DNA of 63,371 nt, the filler included, from Reclinomonas americana ATCC 50394 (Eukaryota): NCBI GenBank assembly GCA_048213135.1. It is 5 parts of 5 records of this genome, joined end to end, with 100 filler letters (N's around TTAATTAATTAA, not from the genome) between each part and the next. Parts side by side here need not be neighbours in the genome. Positions count along the whole stretch, not along the records: positions 36,211 to 52,522 come from PS015413.1; 4 more parts are not named here. One strand, 5' to 3'. The notes beneath the pieces are model-generated. The model made no database searches. It was not told the DNA's origin and saw only the letters and a list, made by a program, of their open reading frames with translations. This document shows, one piece after another, positions 36,155 through 48,800 of this stretch. Position 1 is the stretch's first letter. The number at the start of each line of letters is the position of its first letter. Both the position numbers and the translations under genes were made by a program.

Positions 36155-36166
36155 TTAATTAATTAA
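36155..36166. other. Artificial contig-joining spacer
   Basis: TTAATTAATTAA within N runs. Confidence 0.92.
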
Positions 36167-36689
36167 NNNNNNNNNNNNNNNNNNNNNNNNNNNNNNNNNN
36201 NNNNNNNNNNGTGAGTGTGTGTGAGTGAGAGTGAGAGTGAGTGAGTGAGTGAGTGTGTGTCAGAGAGAGACAGAGACAGAGTGAGAGAGAGAGAGTGAGT
36301 GTGTGCGTGTCAGAGAGAGAGAGAGAGAGAGTGAGTGAGTGAGAGGGAGTGAGTGAGTGAGTGATTGAGGGAGTGTGTGTGAGAGTGTGTGTGTATGTGT
36401 TAGTGAGTGAGTGAGTGAGTGAGTGAGTGTGTGTGTGTGAGTGAGAGAGAGAGAGAGAGTGAGTGCGAGTGTGTGAGTGAGTGACTGTCAGTCTCGCGCC
36501 CAAGATTCGATCTCCCTCACTCTCACTCCCACTCTCTCTCGCACTCACTCACTCACTCACTCACTCTCTCACTCGCTCCCCCACCCCCCCTCCTCTCTCT
36601 CACACACACACAGACTCACTCACTCCCACTCTCAAACTCCCTCTCCTCCTCATCCTCCCTTCTCTCCCTCCCCCGCCACCCCTCCAACT

Positions 36690-37206
36690 CAACATTGACA
36701 CTCCTCGTCGGCAACCGAATACCCCCTCGCGCTCCACCACCAGCGCCACCATTCACCGGCGCTCTTCCCTCAAACAACTCGGCGTCGGGGAGAGCGTCGA
36801 CAAGTGGCGCCTGTCCGTTGAGGCCATTCACACCATTGCCGTTGCTGTTGCCGTTGCCTGAGGCGTCGCCGGTGTTGTTGCGGATGGCGCCGAGCTTGAC
36901 TTTGACCATTGCTCGGTGATACGGTGATACAAAGAGGGTGCAACTTGTCCTGTCAAGTGTACGAGGTTGATCGCTGTGTCACTGTGCAGATGTGAGTGGC
37001 GTCGAGAGAGACAATGCACCTGGGCTTGTCTGCCTTTGATTCGGTAATGTAGATGCTACTGTTCTGCTGCTGAGAGTTTCCCCCAAAATGACTGACGCAA
37101 ACGTCTCGATCGACGTCGCAGCCGTCGCCCTTGCAACAGTGATCGCATGCGCAGCCAGTGAAATGCGCAGCCAGTCGTCAAACGTATTCAAAACGGCCGG
37201 CAGCAA
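36690..37206 (-). CDS. Hypothetical protein exons (Asn/Gly-rich), partial
   Basis: GC-rich frames LPAVLNTFDDWLRISLAAHA.. and MVKVKLGAIRNNTGDASGNGNSNGNG.. between microsatellites; no recognisable domain. Confidence 0.35.
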
Positions 37207-37216
37207 GGTATTCTCA

Positions 37217-37272
<56 letters not shown>

Positions 37273-37791
37273 CTACCTACCTACCTACCCTTACCCTACC
37301 TACCCTACCTACCCTACCCTACCTACCTACCTACCTTACCTACCTACCTTACCGTTACCGTTNNNNNNNNNNNNNNNNNNNNNNNNNNNNNNNNNNNNNN
37401 NNNNNNNNNNNNNNNNNNNNNNNNNNNNNNNNNNNNNNNNNNNNNNNNNNNNNNNNNNNNNNNNNNNNNNNNNNNNNNNNNNNNNNNNNNNNNNNNNNNN
37501 NNNNNNNNNNNNNNNNNNNNNNNNNNNNNNNNNNNNNNNNNNNNNNNNNNNNNNNNNNNNNNNNNNNNNNNNNNNNNNNNNNNNNNNNNNNNNNNNNNNN
37601 NNNNNNNNNNNNNNNNNNNNNNNNNNNNNNNNNNNNNNNNNNNNNNNNNNNNNNNNNNNNNNNNNNNNNNNNNNNNNNNNNNNNNNNNNNNNNNNNNNNG
37701 TCTTGTCATTACTGCCGCTCACGACGTCGGAGGCCGATCCTCGCTGTACCGTACATCCGCCTTCGGACCGACGCACGTAGTTACTCTACTC

Positions 37792-37842
<51 letters not shown>

Positions 37843-38083
37843 GCACACACACCTCCCCTCCTCATTCCTCTCCATATACGCCTTTTCCTCCTCGCCCACT
37901 TTGTACATCATGGCAGGGCAAACGAAGTGCATCTGGGGTTGTTGATGCCATACTCACAAGTATTTAAGAAGTTTTCTCCAAAATGCGCAGAGCTGCATGA
38001 TGATCTCCATCTCGTCGTCGTTTTCATCGCCACCAGGGCTCACATCATCGTCATCGAACAATGGCTCTTCGTCCTCCTCATCC

Positions 38084-41000
38084 TCATCGTCCACCCTCGT
38101 CGATCACTTCTTCACGGCCGACGCCACCCACAGCACCAAGCGCGTTGGCGAAATCGGGTAAGACGGTGCCGAGAATACGATCCACAAGCCCACGAGCGTT
38201 TCGACGCATCAGAAAGATCCTCTTGCCGGACACACGGGCGGTGCACGCAGAACCGAACGCCATGCAGCGAAGATACGTCACACGTTCCGCTGAGGGGTTC
38301 ACGAGGTCCGCCTGCTCATCAAGAGGCACTTCTTCTCCAGTCGACAGTGACCACACCCGAACTTCTCCGTGATCACCGCGACTCACGATGTACTGGCCAT
38401 CGGGAGTGACGGCGACAGACCATACCCAAGCAGAGTGTCCCTCCAGTCGAAGCAGTTCCTCTCCACTTGCCAGCGACCACACTCGTATCGTACCGTCCAG
38501 ACTCCCACTTACGACGTGCTGACCATCGGGAGTGACGGCGACAGACTCCACACTACGAGTGTGCCCCTCAAGTCGGCGCACCTCCTCGCCGCTAGCCAGT
38601 GACCACACTCGCACTGTGTAGTCACCACCTCCGCTCACAATGAACTGACCATCAGGAGTGACGACGACACTGTTCACCCAGCCAGTGAGTCCCTCCAGTC
38701 GGCGCACCTCTTCTCCACTCGCCAATGACCACACTCGCACCGTCCTGTCAGCACCTCCGCTCACAATGTACTTGCCATCAGGAGTGACGGCGACACATGT
38801 CACCCCACTCGTGTCTCCTTCCAATCGCCGAACTTCTTCTCCACTCGCCAATGACCAAACGCGCACTGTCATGTCACGGCCTCCGCTGACAATGTGCTGA
38901 CCATCGGGAGTGACGGCGACACACGTTACCTCACCATTGTGCCCCTCAAATCGACGCAATTCAACTCCACTCATCAAAGACCACACCCGAATAAACCCGT
39001 TTCGACTCCCACTCACAGCGTGTTGACCACCAGGAGAAACAGTAAACGCAGAGGACTGTCCTGCCGCCTTCCACAATTCCTCGCCTGTCGACACAGACCA
39101 CATCCTCACCGTGCTATCATAACCGGCACTCAAAACATGCTGACAATCGTGGGTGAGCACGACTGAACGCACCAATTCCGTGTGTCCACCCAACCGTCGT
39201 ACCTCTTCATCACCTATCACAGGCCACATTCGTACTGTCATATCTAAACTCCCACTCACGATAAACTGACCATCAGGAGTAATCTTGATTGAATTCAATG
39301 CGCCAGTGTGCCCCTCCAGTCGGCGCACCTCTCCGCCACTCGCCAGTGACCAAATTCGCACAGTTGAGTCCCCACTCCCGCTGACGACGTGCTGCCCATC
39401 CGGAGTGACGCCGACTGCGTATACTGCGGCAGCGTGTCCCTCAAACCGTCGCATTTCTTCTCCACTTGCCACCGACCACACTCGCACAGTCCTATCCCCA
39501 CTGCCACTCACAATATGCTGGCCATCTGGAGTGACGGCGACAGAATTCACCTCTCCGGTGTGTCCTTCCAGTCGGCGCACCTCCTCACCACTTGCCACCG
39601 ACCACACCCGTACAGTCTTATCCTGACTGCCACTCACAATGTGCTGGCCATCGGGTGTCAGTGCCACTGCTGACACTCCCCGCATGTGGCCCTCCAGTCG
39701 CCGTACCTCCTCGCCGCTTGCCACCGACCACACCCGCACAGTCTTGTCATTACTGCCGCTCACGACGTGGAGGCCATCGGGTGTCACTGCCAAGGCTGAC
39801 ACCTCCCTCGTGTGGCCATCCAGTTGGCGCACCTCCGCGCCACTTGCCAGCGACCACACCCGTACAGTCTTGTCATCACTGCCACTCACAATGTGCTGGC
39901 CATCGGGTGTCACTGCCACTGCTCGCACCCAATCCGTATGGCCTTCCAGTCGGTGCACTTCATCTCCGCCCGCCACAGACCACAATCTTACAGTCCCATC
40001 CAAACTACCACTCACAACGTGCTGGCCATCAGGAGTGACGGCGACAGACGTCACCTGGCCAGTGTGACCCACCATCGGCTTCCTCGGCCACTTCACACCC
40101 ATCACATCCGCCCCTGTGAAATCCGCCTCCCTCGCATACGCCAAGCACACATTCACCCCTCGCAAATCCGCCCCCCTCCACACCGTCCTGTGCATCACCG
40201 CATCCCTCAAATCCGCACCTCTCACTCGCACACCCGACAGATCTCGCCCACTGAACGGCACCTGTGCCACACACAACACCGTCGCTGCATTCGCGGCGGC
40301 CGTCACCACCCGCTCCTCATCTACCTCCCGTGACATCTCAATCACCTCCCACAGTCTCTCTTGCAGTCGGGGAGACCGTCGCACCACCTCCGCAATCTGC
40401 TCCACCAACGATAGTCGATCGTTCAGCAACCGCACTGCCAACACATGCTGCTGCACATCTTGCATCGTCAATCTCCTCTCCTCATCCCACGTCTCCCACG
40501 CAAACGCATGTCGTGCCACACAATGCTCCAGCAGCGACAGATGCACAAATCCCCATTGCGTCGTCCCATACCGTCGCACAATCGGACAGCACGCTCGCAC
40601 ATGCTGATTCTTGTGACCAAGGAACTTGTCAAACGGTCCCTCTTCCACTCGTCGCAAGGCGAGTGGCGCACCACCGAACTCGGCAATGTCCTCATCGAAT
40701 GCACGCTCCTCTGACACCGCTCGCACAACATTCCTCTCGTACATCAATCGTGCCAATCCCTCACAGAATGCCAGACACGTTTCCTCACTCGGCACACGCT
40801 CTTCACCAAGACGTGTCTGCCTCTCCTGCTCCCTCTCAGTCCATTGTCGAATGAATCGGTCAAACACATCACACCGAGTTGGTCGCTGCACACCACTCGC
40901 CACCAATTGCGGCAATACACGAGCCACCACTGCCAACAGGAACGGATTCGACACCAATGCATCCAGTCCACGCACACTGTTCAGTGCATCAATGTACTCC

Positions 41001-42777
41001 TCGGCAGTCGACCACCGCTTTTCGCCACCGTCATCATCATCGTCTCCACCCACTTGCACCAGCCGCCCAAAGTACTCCTCAATCTGCTCCTTGTTCAACG
41101 GTGCAATGTGTCGCTCCATCAACTGCTGCATGCACAACTGTCCTCGTGCATCCACCGGTGCAAAGTACCGTCGATACTGCGTCACGCCACCCAGCGCTGT
41201 CAGTGCGTAATCGCCTCGACAGGTGATAATCATCTTCACATCACGACACACGTCCAGCTGGTTCTTGACAAACAGATTCACACCACGATACAACTCGTCG
41301 TACCCGTCAAGCAACAACAGCAGTGGTTCCTCCTTCAATCGCCGCACATCCGACTCGCTGAATCCCAACTCGGGTGACAGTCGCTCCAGTGCCTCCTCCA
41401 ACAGTCGCTCATCGGCATTGCGCAGTGCACCAAGAGGCACACGCACAGGCACTCGTTTGCTCTCTCCCGTCTGCCACTGTCGCCATGCTCTCTCTGCCAA
41501 CACAGACATGGTGGTGGTCTTGCCGGCCCCGCTGTTGCCAAACAACACCAACACACGCTGCGTGGTGTTGGTGTCGGAGAGGAAACTATCCACTTCCGTC
41601 AACAAATCAGTCATCTTGTCTTTCGACGAGACATCACGATCACGTGAACACAGCAGTGGCACATACATCAGCATGTCCTTGTGCATGCTCTCATCGTGCT
41701 GATAGAATGACAGCTCACGCAAAGCCAGTTGATGCAGTCGCTCATCAAATGTGCTGATAACGTGCTGAACGTGACGTGCCTCGCAGACACGAGCGGAGAA
41801 TCGAGCACGCTCGTCAACCGTCAACTGCAGTCGAGAGAGGATGGAGAGGAAAATCCCACTGTCACTAAGATGCGTACGCACACTGTCGTCCGTCAACGGC
41901 AACTCATCATGCCTCAGTTTGTTCCTGACACTGTGCAGCTCTTCCACTGCCTTCCGTTCGTCAACATCGTCAATCAGCAGTACCTTGCAACCGTCATCTT
42001 GAATGAAGCCGCCATACAACATGATGGAGGAGAGAGCCGTCGTATCGAGACCGTCACACGGCGGGTCGGATGAGGGATCGGCGTCGAATGCAACACGCCA
42101 GGCCAACACCACTGGCTGCTTCTCCTCAAACAACTTGACACGAGAGGGGTGGAGCGGAGCATGTCGATCACGCCATCGCTTCAATGCCGCTGCACTCATG
42201 CCAGCAGGTGTGCAACTCGACACCCATGCTCGCACGTCAAAGTCGGAATGATCACGACTGAACTGGGCCAGTGTGCGTCGACACCGCAGACGCACGGCCT
42301 CCTCGACAACCTCGAAGGCCATGCTGATGCGCTGTGAGTTGACCATGCTGTGCACCCAGGGCCGTCAGCATCACAGAATGAGTAAGCAGGGGAGAAGGAT
42401 GACAAGCAAAACAAACCGAGTGACTCGCTCCGAGTTGCTGCTGGGAGATATGAGAGTGAGCTGCATGGTGTACACAGGGGATGCCACATCCAGACATGCA
42501 CACCTTCTTCTCCCGCTCCCTCCACTCGACTGCAGCGCCACACCAAGTGTCAGACGGACAACGAGATGCGTGGATGAGTTGATGCCGAGTGTCTTCAACT
42601 TCAACACACTCGCATCCTCCAAGTCGAATGCCATCGGCTTCTCCACCCCCACAACCTCCATCCCCCCATCTCCACACTTCTCTCGCAGCAAGCGAGTGGC
42701 CTCGCGCAGCAAATCCGCAAGAGTGGACATGGCCGACATGCCCTCCACCACCACCGACAGTGATGAATCATGCGCCG
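38084..42777 (-). CDS. NLR-like STAND protein: (ubiquitin-like?) - HEPN - NACHT - pentapeptide repeats - 14 x WD40; 5' end in gap
   Basis: Exons 42777-42504, 42440-42417 (24 nt) and 42347-38084 join in phase 2. LDTTALSSIM..VEELHSVRNKLRH (41926-41909). Walker A GNSGAGKT (41539-41516); Walker B LLLLLDGYDE; IITCR; NPFLL; FVHLSLLE. AAANAATVL..DLSGVRVRGADLRDA pentapeptides. 14 GH..W repeats. Confidence 0.9.
38330..40069 (-). repeat. Array of 14 WD40 coding repeats (~126 bp unit)
   Basis: Consensus GHTxxVxxVAVTPDGQHIVSGSxDxTVRVWSLASGEEVRRLE. Confidence 0.95.
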
Positions 42778-42797
42778 NNNNNNNNNNNNNNNNNNNN

Positions 42798-45776
42798 TGC
42801 ATCATCTGCGCCAGTTGCTCCTGCTGCTCCTCCGGCTCCTGTGGCTCCACCTGTGCATGCAGCACCAGTAACTCCTCCTGTGGCTCCAGCGCCTGCTGCT
42901 CCTCAGGCTCCTGCTGCTCCTGCTGCTCCTCAGGCACCTGCTGCTCCTCAAGCTCCTGTGGCTTCTGTGGCTCATGCTGCTCCACCAACGGCGGTGGCTC
43001 CTCCTGTGCCAGTGGCTCCCGTTGTCCCTGCCGTGGCTCCACCGACTTCCGTGGTTCATGCTGCCCCGCCTGCGCCAGTGGCTCCCGCTGTGCATGCGCC
43101 TCCTCCAGCGGCAACAATTCCTTCTGCAGTGGCTCCACCTGTAGCTGTGGCTCCTCCTGCTCATGCAGCTCCTCCAGCTTCTGAGGTCCCTGTTGCTCCT
43201 TCAGCGTCAGTTGCACCGCCGGCACCAGTGGCGCCTGTAGCTCCTGCTGCTGTGCCTCATGTCGCCCCTCAAGCGCCTGTGGCACCTCCAGCGCCTGTGG
43301 CACCCCCTGTAGCACCTCATGCGGCACCGGTTGTGCCTGCGATGTCAGTCGATCACGCTCCACCTCGCGCGGCGCCGCCACCACCACCCTCCGCACCTCC
43401 GCCACCCCCGCCTGCTCATGCGGCGGCCATGCGCTCCATCATCCTCCCGCCCTCCTCCGCCACCGTGCACACGCGGTCGTCGGCCATTCCCGTCATGTCA
43501 CCGGAATCGCCGTCGTCGGATGTGTTTTCGGCGCTGTCGCCCGAGTCGATGCAGGGCGTGCCGTCATCGTACCACTTGCATCAGCGACAGCCGAGCGGCG
43601 ATGACTCCGTATCTGCCGACTATGAGGTTTCCGACTTGTCGACTGAACGTTGCGCATTCGGAGCACAGTCGTCGAGAGATCATCTTGTTTCTCACTCACT
43701 TTCTCTCTCTGGCAGGTGACACGGCGCGATCTGGCGATCAAGGAACGGCGCGATCTGTTGCCACACCACCACCTCCGCCCCCGCCTCCCGCCGCTGCGGC
43801 TCCTGCGGCCCCGCATGCCGCCACTGCATTGCTGTCGGGTGCTCACGGCACTCCGCACTCGGCCTCGTCGATGCATGAATCTGGTTCTCCTGCGTCGCAC
43901 GACTCCTCGGCTCGGCGTTTGGGAGTTGCGCAGCCTTTGTTCTATTGTTATGCGTCGTGTGACATCTCTTGTTGACTCGAGGCTGTGATACAGTCGGAGG
44001 GCGCATATTCACCGCTGCCCTCTGGTCACACGCTGTTCACTCCTGATCCTACTCCACGCGACGGAGATGACGTGCCCCCGTTGCCTCCACGACCAGCATT
44101 TGTTCCAGTGTTGCCGTTGACCTCTGTCAACGAAGCCGCGGCGGAGAAGAAGCAGAAGAAGGAAGGTTTGTATTCTGAAGTGGAATCCTGTTTATTGGGT
44201 AATTGCCTCTTTCTTTCCCTCTCGCTCTCCCCCTNNNNNNNNNNNNNNNNNNNNNNNNNNNNNNNNNNNNNNNNNNNNNNNNNNNNNNNNNNNNNNNNNN
44301 NNNNNNNNNNNNNNNNNNNNNNNNNNNNNNNNNNNNNNNNNNNNNNNNNNNNNNNNNNNNNNNNNNNNNNNNNNNNNNNNNNNNNNNNNNNNNNNNNNNN
44401 NNNNNNNNNNNNNNNNNNNNNNNNNNNNCCTTTCTCACTCTCCCCCTCTTGCTCTCCCCTCTCTCGCTCTCCCCCTTTTGCTCTCCCCTGTTCGCTCTCC
44501 CCCTCTCGCTAATTTCTCCTTCTTGTCGCAGCCCTTGCCGTGGAGGCTGCCAACACCGTTGCGCCCCCGGCAGCAGCACCAGCCCCAGCCCCAGCCGCAT
44601 CGCACACCGCAGGCGAGCCGAAGCGCGGTCCAGAAGTGTATCTCCGCACTGGCCAGCCTCCATCACCGCCGCAGCAGCCGTCCACGCTGAATATTGCGCC
44701 GCCACCGATCATGACGTCCGAGGTGCTCGTACCGTCGCCAACGACACCAAAGGCGGTTCAGGCGCAGGCGGCGGTAAGTGGAGGAGAGATAGAGCGTGAC
44801 TAAGGAAGAAGGAGAAGGGGTAGAGAGGGGAGAAGGCAGCAGTGACAGCTGCGAGAAAAAGGACGAGAAGACGTGTGTGTGCGTGTGTGGTTAAATTCAA
44901 AACAATGCGTGCAGCGCAGAACTTCATAGAACGAGGATGAGGCGAGAAAAGCGGTATCGAGTGAGAGAAAGACGTGATCAATTGAGCAAGGGTGACGTCT
45001 GCTTGCAGTCTCCTGAAGTGCCCTTTTGAGCAGACTCCATCGCCGCAGCCGACGACCCAGATCGCCTATTCATTGCTATCACCAGCTTCACGTGCAGCGG
45101 GTGAGATGATGCACGTTGTCGCTCCGCTTCTGTTTCTGTTGCTCATTCCTTCTCGTGCCAGTCTTGCGTGCCTCAGATATCACGGACCACCACACGATTT
45201 CGCTGCTCAAGCAGGAGCTGGAGTTGGCGCAGCGCGAGCGCGACCAGTTGCTGCTGCGGCTGCGAACCAACGAGGAGCGGCAGCGAACGAATGTTCCGCT
45301 TGAGGTGCAGAAGCAGGTGAGTTGGTGAAAAGGGAAGTGTTTATGGATGTAAAAAAGTGCTCATCTTCTTCCTTGTTGTAGGTCAAGGCCAACACTGCCA
45401 GTGTGGTGGAGCTCAAGGGATGGACGTGCACACCGCAGGCGATGGAAGAGTTTTCAAGATTGGCACAAGGTGCGCTGCTTGTCGCCCTTGTGTCTTCAAC
45501 TTCCCATTGACCATTGTTTCGCAGAGTACGGGCGCGAGACCCCCTTTGCCGACTCGGTGCAGAGTGGAGAGATGTTTGGGCAGCAGCAGCAAATGGCGGT
45601 GCCGGCGGAGTCGCAGGATGATGATGGTGGCGATGGCGATGAGGTGAGTGGGAGGGAAAGGGTGAGAGAAGGAGAAGGGCGAGAGAAGGACGTGGGCAAA
45701 GGGTGGGATTAGGAACTGCATGTTTTGCATGGGTAATAGGTGGGAGAGAGTGACCAGGAATGGGCGAGAGAGAAAA

Positions 45777-45818
<42 letters not shown>

Positions 45819-48800
45819 GGAGAGAGAGAGAGAGAGANNNNNNNNNNNNNNNNNNNNNNNNNNNNNNNNNNNNNNNNNNNNNNNNNNNNNNNNNNNNNNN
45901 NNNNNNNNNNNNNNNNNNNNNNNNNNNNNNNNNNNNNNNNNNNNNNNNNNNNNNNNNNNNNNNNNNNNNNNNCCTTCCCCCTGTTCCTTCCCCTTTTTCC
46001 TTCCCCCTGTTCCTTTCCCCCTTTCCCTTCCCCCTTGCTCTTCCCCCTTGCTCTTCCCCTTGCTCTTCCCCCCTTTGCTCCTCCCCCTTTCTCTTCCCCC
46101 TTTTCCTCTCCCATTCCTTCTTCCCCCTCCTTCCCCCCTCCTTCCCCCCTCTCACACCTCCCTTTGCTCCCCTCTCAGAACGACGACGGCGCGGCCTTCC
46201 AGCACGGCGAAGGCGGCGACGACGACGACGACGAGCAGTACCAAAACGGCGCCGCGCACGTCGACTTTGACACCACCACCCGCCGCTCGCTGTCACCGCA
46301 GAGCCGCGCATCGCGCACCAAGTACGTCCGCCAGCCGAACGCTGGTGGCGGCCACACGCGACCGCGCGCACCCAAGCCAGATCCCACCGTGTTCAATGTG
46401 GAGCGATATCAGGCGTTTTGCGCCCTGTTGCCCGAGTCGCACACTCTGCGGGCGAAGAAGAAGCCGCTGCGGTGGTTGATGAAGGTCTGCCTTTCACACA
46501 AAGTGCTGTTTTCCCGTAGAGTGCTGACCTTCCTTTTCTCGTTCAAGATGACGGAGGAGTTGTACGACGAGCGATTTGCGCACGAGAGCCAAGTGCAGCA
46601 GATGCACCAGCAAAAAGCCATGGAGCTGGGTGAGATCAAGATTGGCGAGCAGCCACGCGTGGGCTTTATGCCGTCGACCACGCCGTTCCAGGAGTTTATT
46701 CGCGACGCCCTGATGCACAAGTACGGACTGCCGCAGATGGTGGATCAGGTGCGCTTTTCAATCTAAGGAGATGGCGCTCCGCCCGTCCCCTCCCCACTCA
46801 CTCGTCGCCGCCGCACAGACCATGTGGGATCTAATTTGCAACGTGGAAATCTACCGCAAGGAGTACTTGGAGGTGGAGACGTTTGGGCGGTTTATTGACG
46901 ACACATACGCGCTGCCGTTGTTGTCGCTGTTTACGTTGGCGAGATATTTCTGCGTGCGGATTGCCGGGCAGCAGCAGGGGGATGCGGAGGCCAGGTCACC
47001 GCAGTCGAGGTTGCAGGCGGTAAGTTGAGGGGAAGGGATGGAAGGGGAAGGGGGGGGGGAACAGGAGAAGGGATTTCGCGTTGAAACTCTCCTTTCCTTT
47101 CATATTCTCTCACGTTGTCCTCTGAATCTCGCAATGGCTGACACTCTGCTTGTCGCACAGGGACTCTGCCTATCGGTCTCCATGTTCACCGCCGCGCTGA
47201 AGATGGTCTCGTTGCAAATCGACCTGCCCATTGCCAACATTCAGAGATTTATTGTCGACGCGCTGGGCGATCGGTGCGCCTTGTCTGTGCCTTCCTCAGC
47301 TGTCCACTTTACTCACTTCCCCTTGTCCAGTGCTCGTGGTCAACGCGTGGAAATGAGCCGCCTGCTGCATCTGTTGATCAAGTTCGCCAGCTTGCCGGGC
47401 ATGCTCGGCATTGAGGGCGACATGGACCCACAGACGCAGTCGGGGCTCAAGCCGTCGACACCCACCGCCTCCTCTTCGGTCACCATCTCCATGCCGATTC
47501 CCGGCATCTCGGTCAATGCGACGACGCTGCCGGGCGCCGATCAGCTGGCCTCCATGGATCCGCAGGAGCGCAAGGTAATGATGGGGGCAGAGGAAGACGG
47601 AAGGGAAAGGGCTCGCTTTCCCCAGAAACTCACTTTCTGTTGAATGCAGTTCCATCAACGCCTGTTGCTGCTGAACAGCATCAAGCAGGACGCAGAGCGT
47701 GCGGCCAAGGAGGACCACGACAGGCAGGAGCGGCTGAAGCGAATCGAGCGCAGCATTCTTGATCGCATGCGCAAGGTGCGGCATGCGGAGCTCGGTCACA
47801 CGCCAAGCTCCAGTGAGGTGAGTGCGGTGAGGGTGCCTTGGGTTGCAGCTGTTGATGCTCACTTTGTGCGCAGATGGGCGACTTGCTGACGAGGGACGAC
47901 TATGAGCGTGCGCGGTTGTGGTCTGCGGTGCTGGCCGATCAGAAGCTGTCGCGGGGGAGTGATCTGAGTGCGTTGAAGGAGGGGAGAAGGGAGGGAGGAG
48001 AGGGAGAGGGAGAGGGAGAGGGAGAGGGAGGGGAAGGGAAGAGAGGGGAGAGGGGAAGGGGAAGGGGAAGTGCGTAAAGAAGGGGGAGGGAGTGAGAAGG
48101 AGTGACCATGAATGGAAGAGAAAAAGAGAGTGTGAGAGAAAGTGGAAGATAAAGTTGGCTTGCAAGAGAGAGAGAGAGGGAGAGGGAAAGGTGTTACCTT
48201 AGAATGAAGAGAGGTAGAGCCTGACGACAGAATGGGGACGCAGGCAGCTGATGCACTCGGAAATTCAGTGTCAGAGAGCACGAGAATGAGAGAGACGAGA
48301 GAGAATGAGTGAGAAGAGAGAAGCAAATGCGAGGCAAAGAGAGCGCCAGAAATGTTTGGGAGAGAAAAAGAGAGAAAGAAGAGAGAGAATGGGGAAAGAG
48401 AGCCTAAAGAGAGAGAGAGAGTGGAAGAAATACTGTGAAGAATGCAGAAAGAGAGACGAGAGTTGGGGAGTGTGTGTGAGGAATAGAGAGGGAAAGAGAG
48501 GGTGATTGAGTTGGAGAGAGTACAAGGGAGACAGTGAATGTGCGACAGGAGGAAGCAGAAGAAATACTGTGAAGAATGCAGAAAGAGAGACAAGCGTGGG
48601 GGAGTGAGTGTGAGGAATAGAGAGGGAGAGAGAGGGTGTGTGAGTTGGAGAGAGTGCAAGGGAGACAGTGAATGTGCGACAGGAGGAGAGGACGTGAGTT
48701 GGAGAAGAATTCGGTTGGCGAAAGAAAGAGCGAAAGGGAAAGCAGGAATGACATTGCGAGGAAGAGCGGGTCAGTGTGAGGAGGTCGAGAAGCGTGGTCT

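Noticed and set aside
37700..37745. Orphan WD40-repeat fragment matching ~39741-39780
   Set aside because: Short, indel-ridden, at a gap edge and followed by noise; probably a misplaced read rather than a donor cassette.
38369..42337. Many + strand ORFs over the NLR
   Set aside because: Antisense shadows of the repetitive GC-rich coding sequence.
42798..43405. Glu/Gln-rich minus-strand ORF and Cys/Ser-rich alternative frame
   Set aside because: Shadow frames of the Pro/Ala/Val-rich + strand exon. The link to the NLR exons exists only through an N gap.
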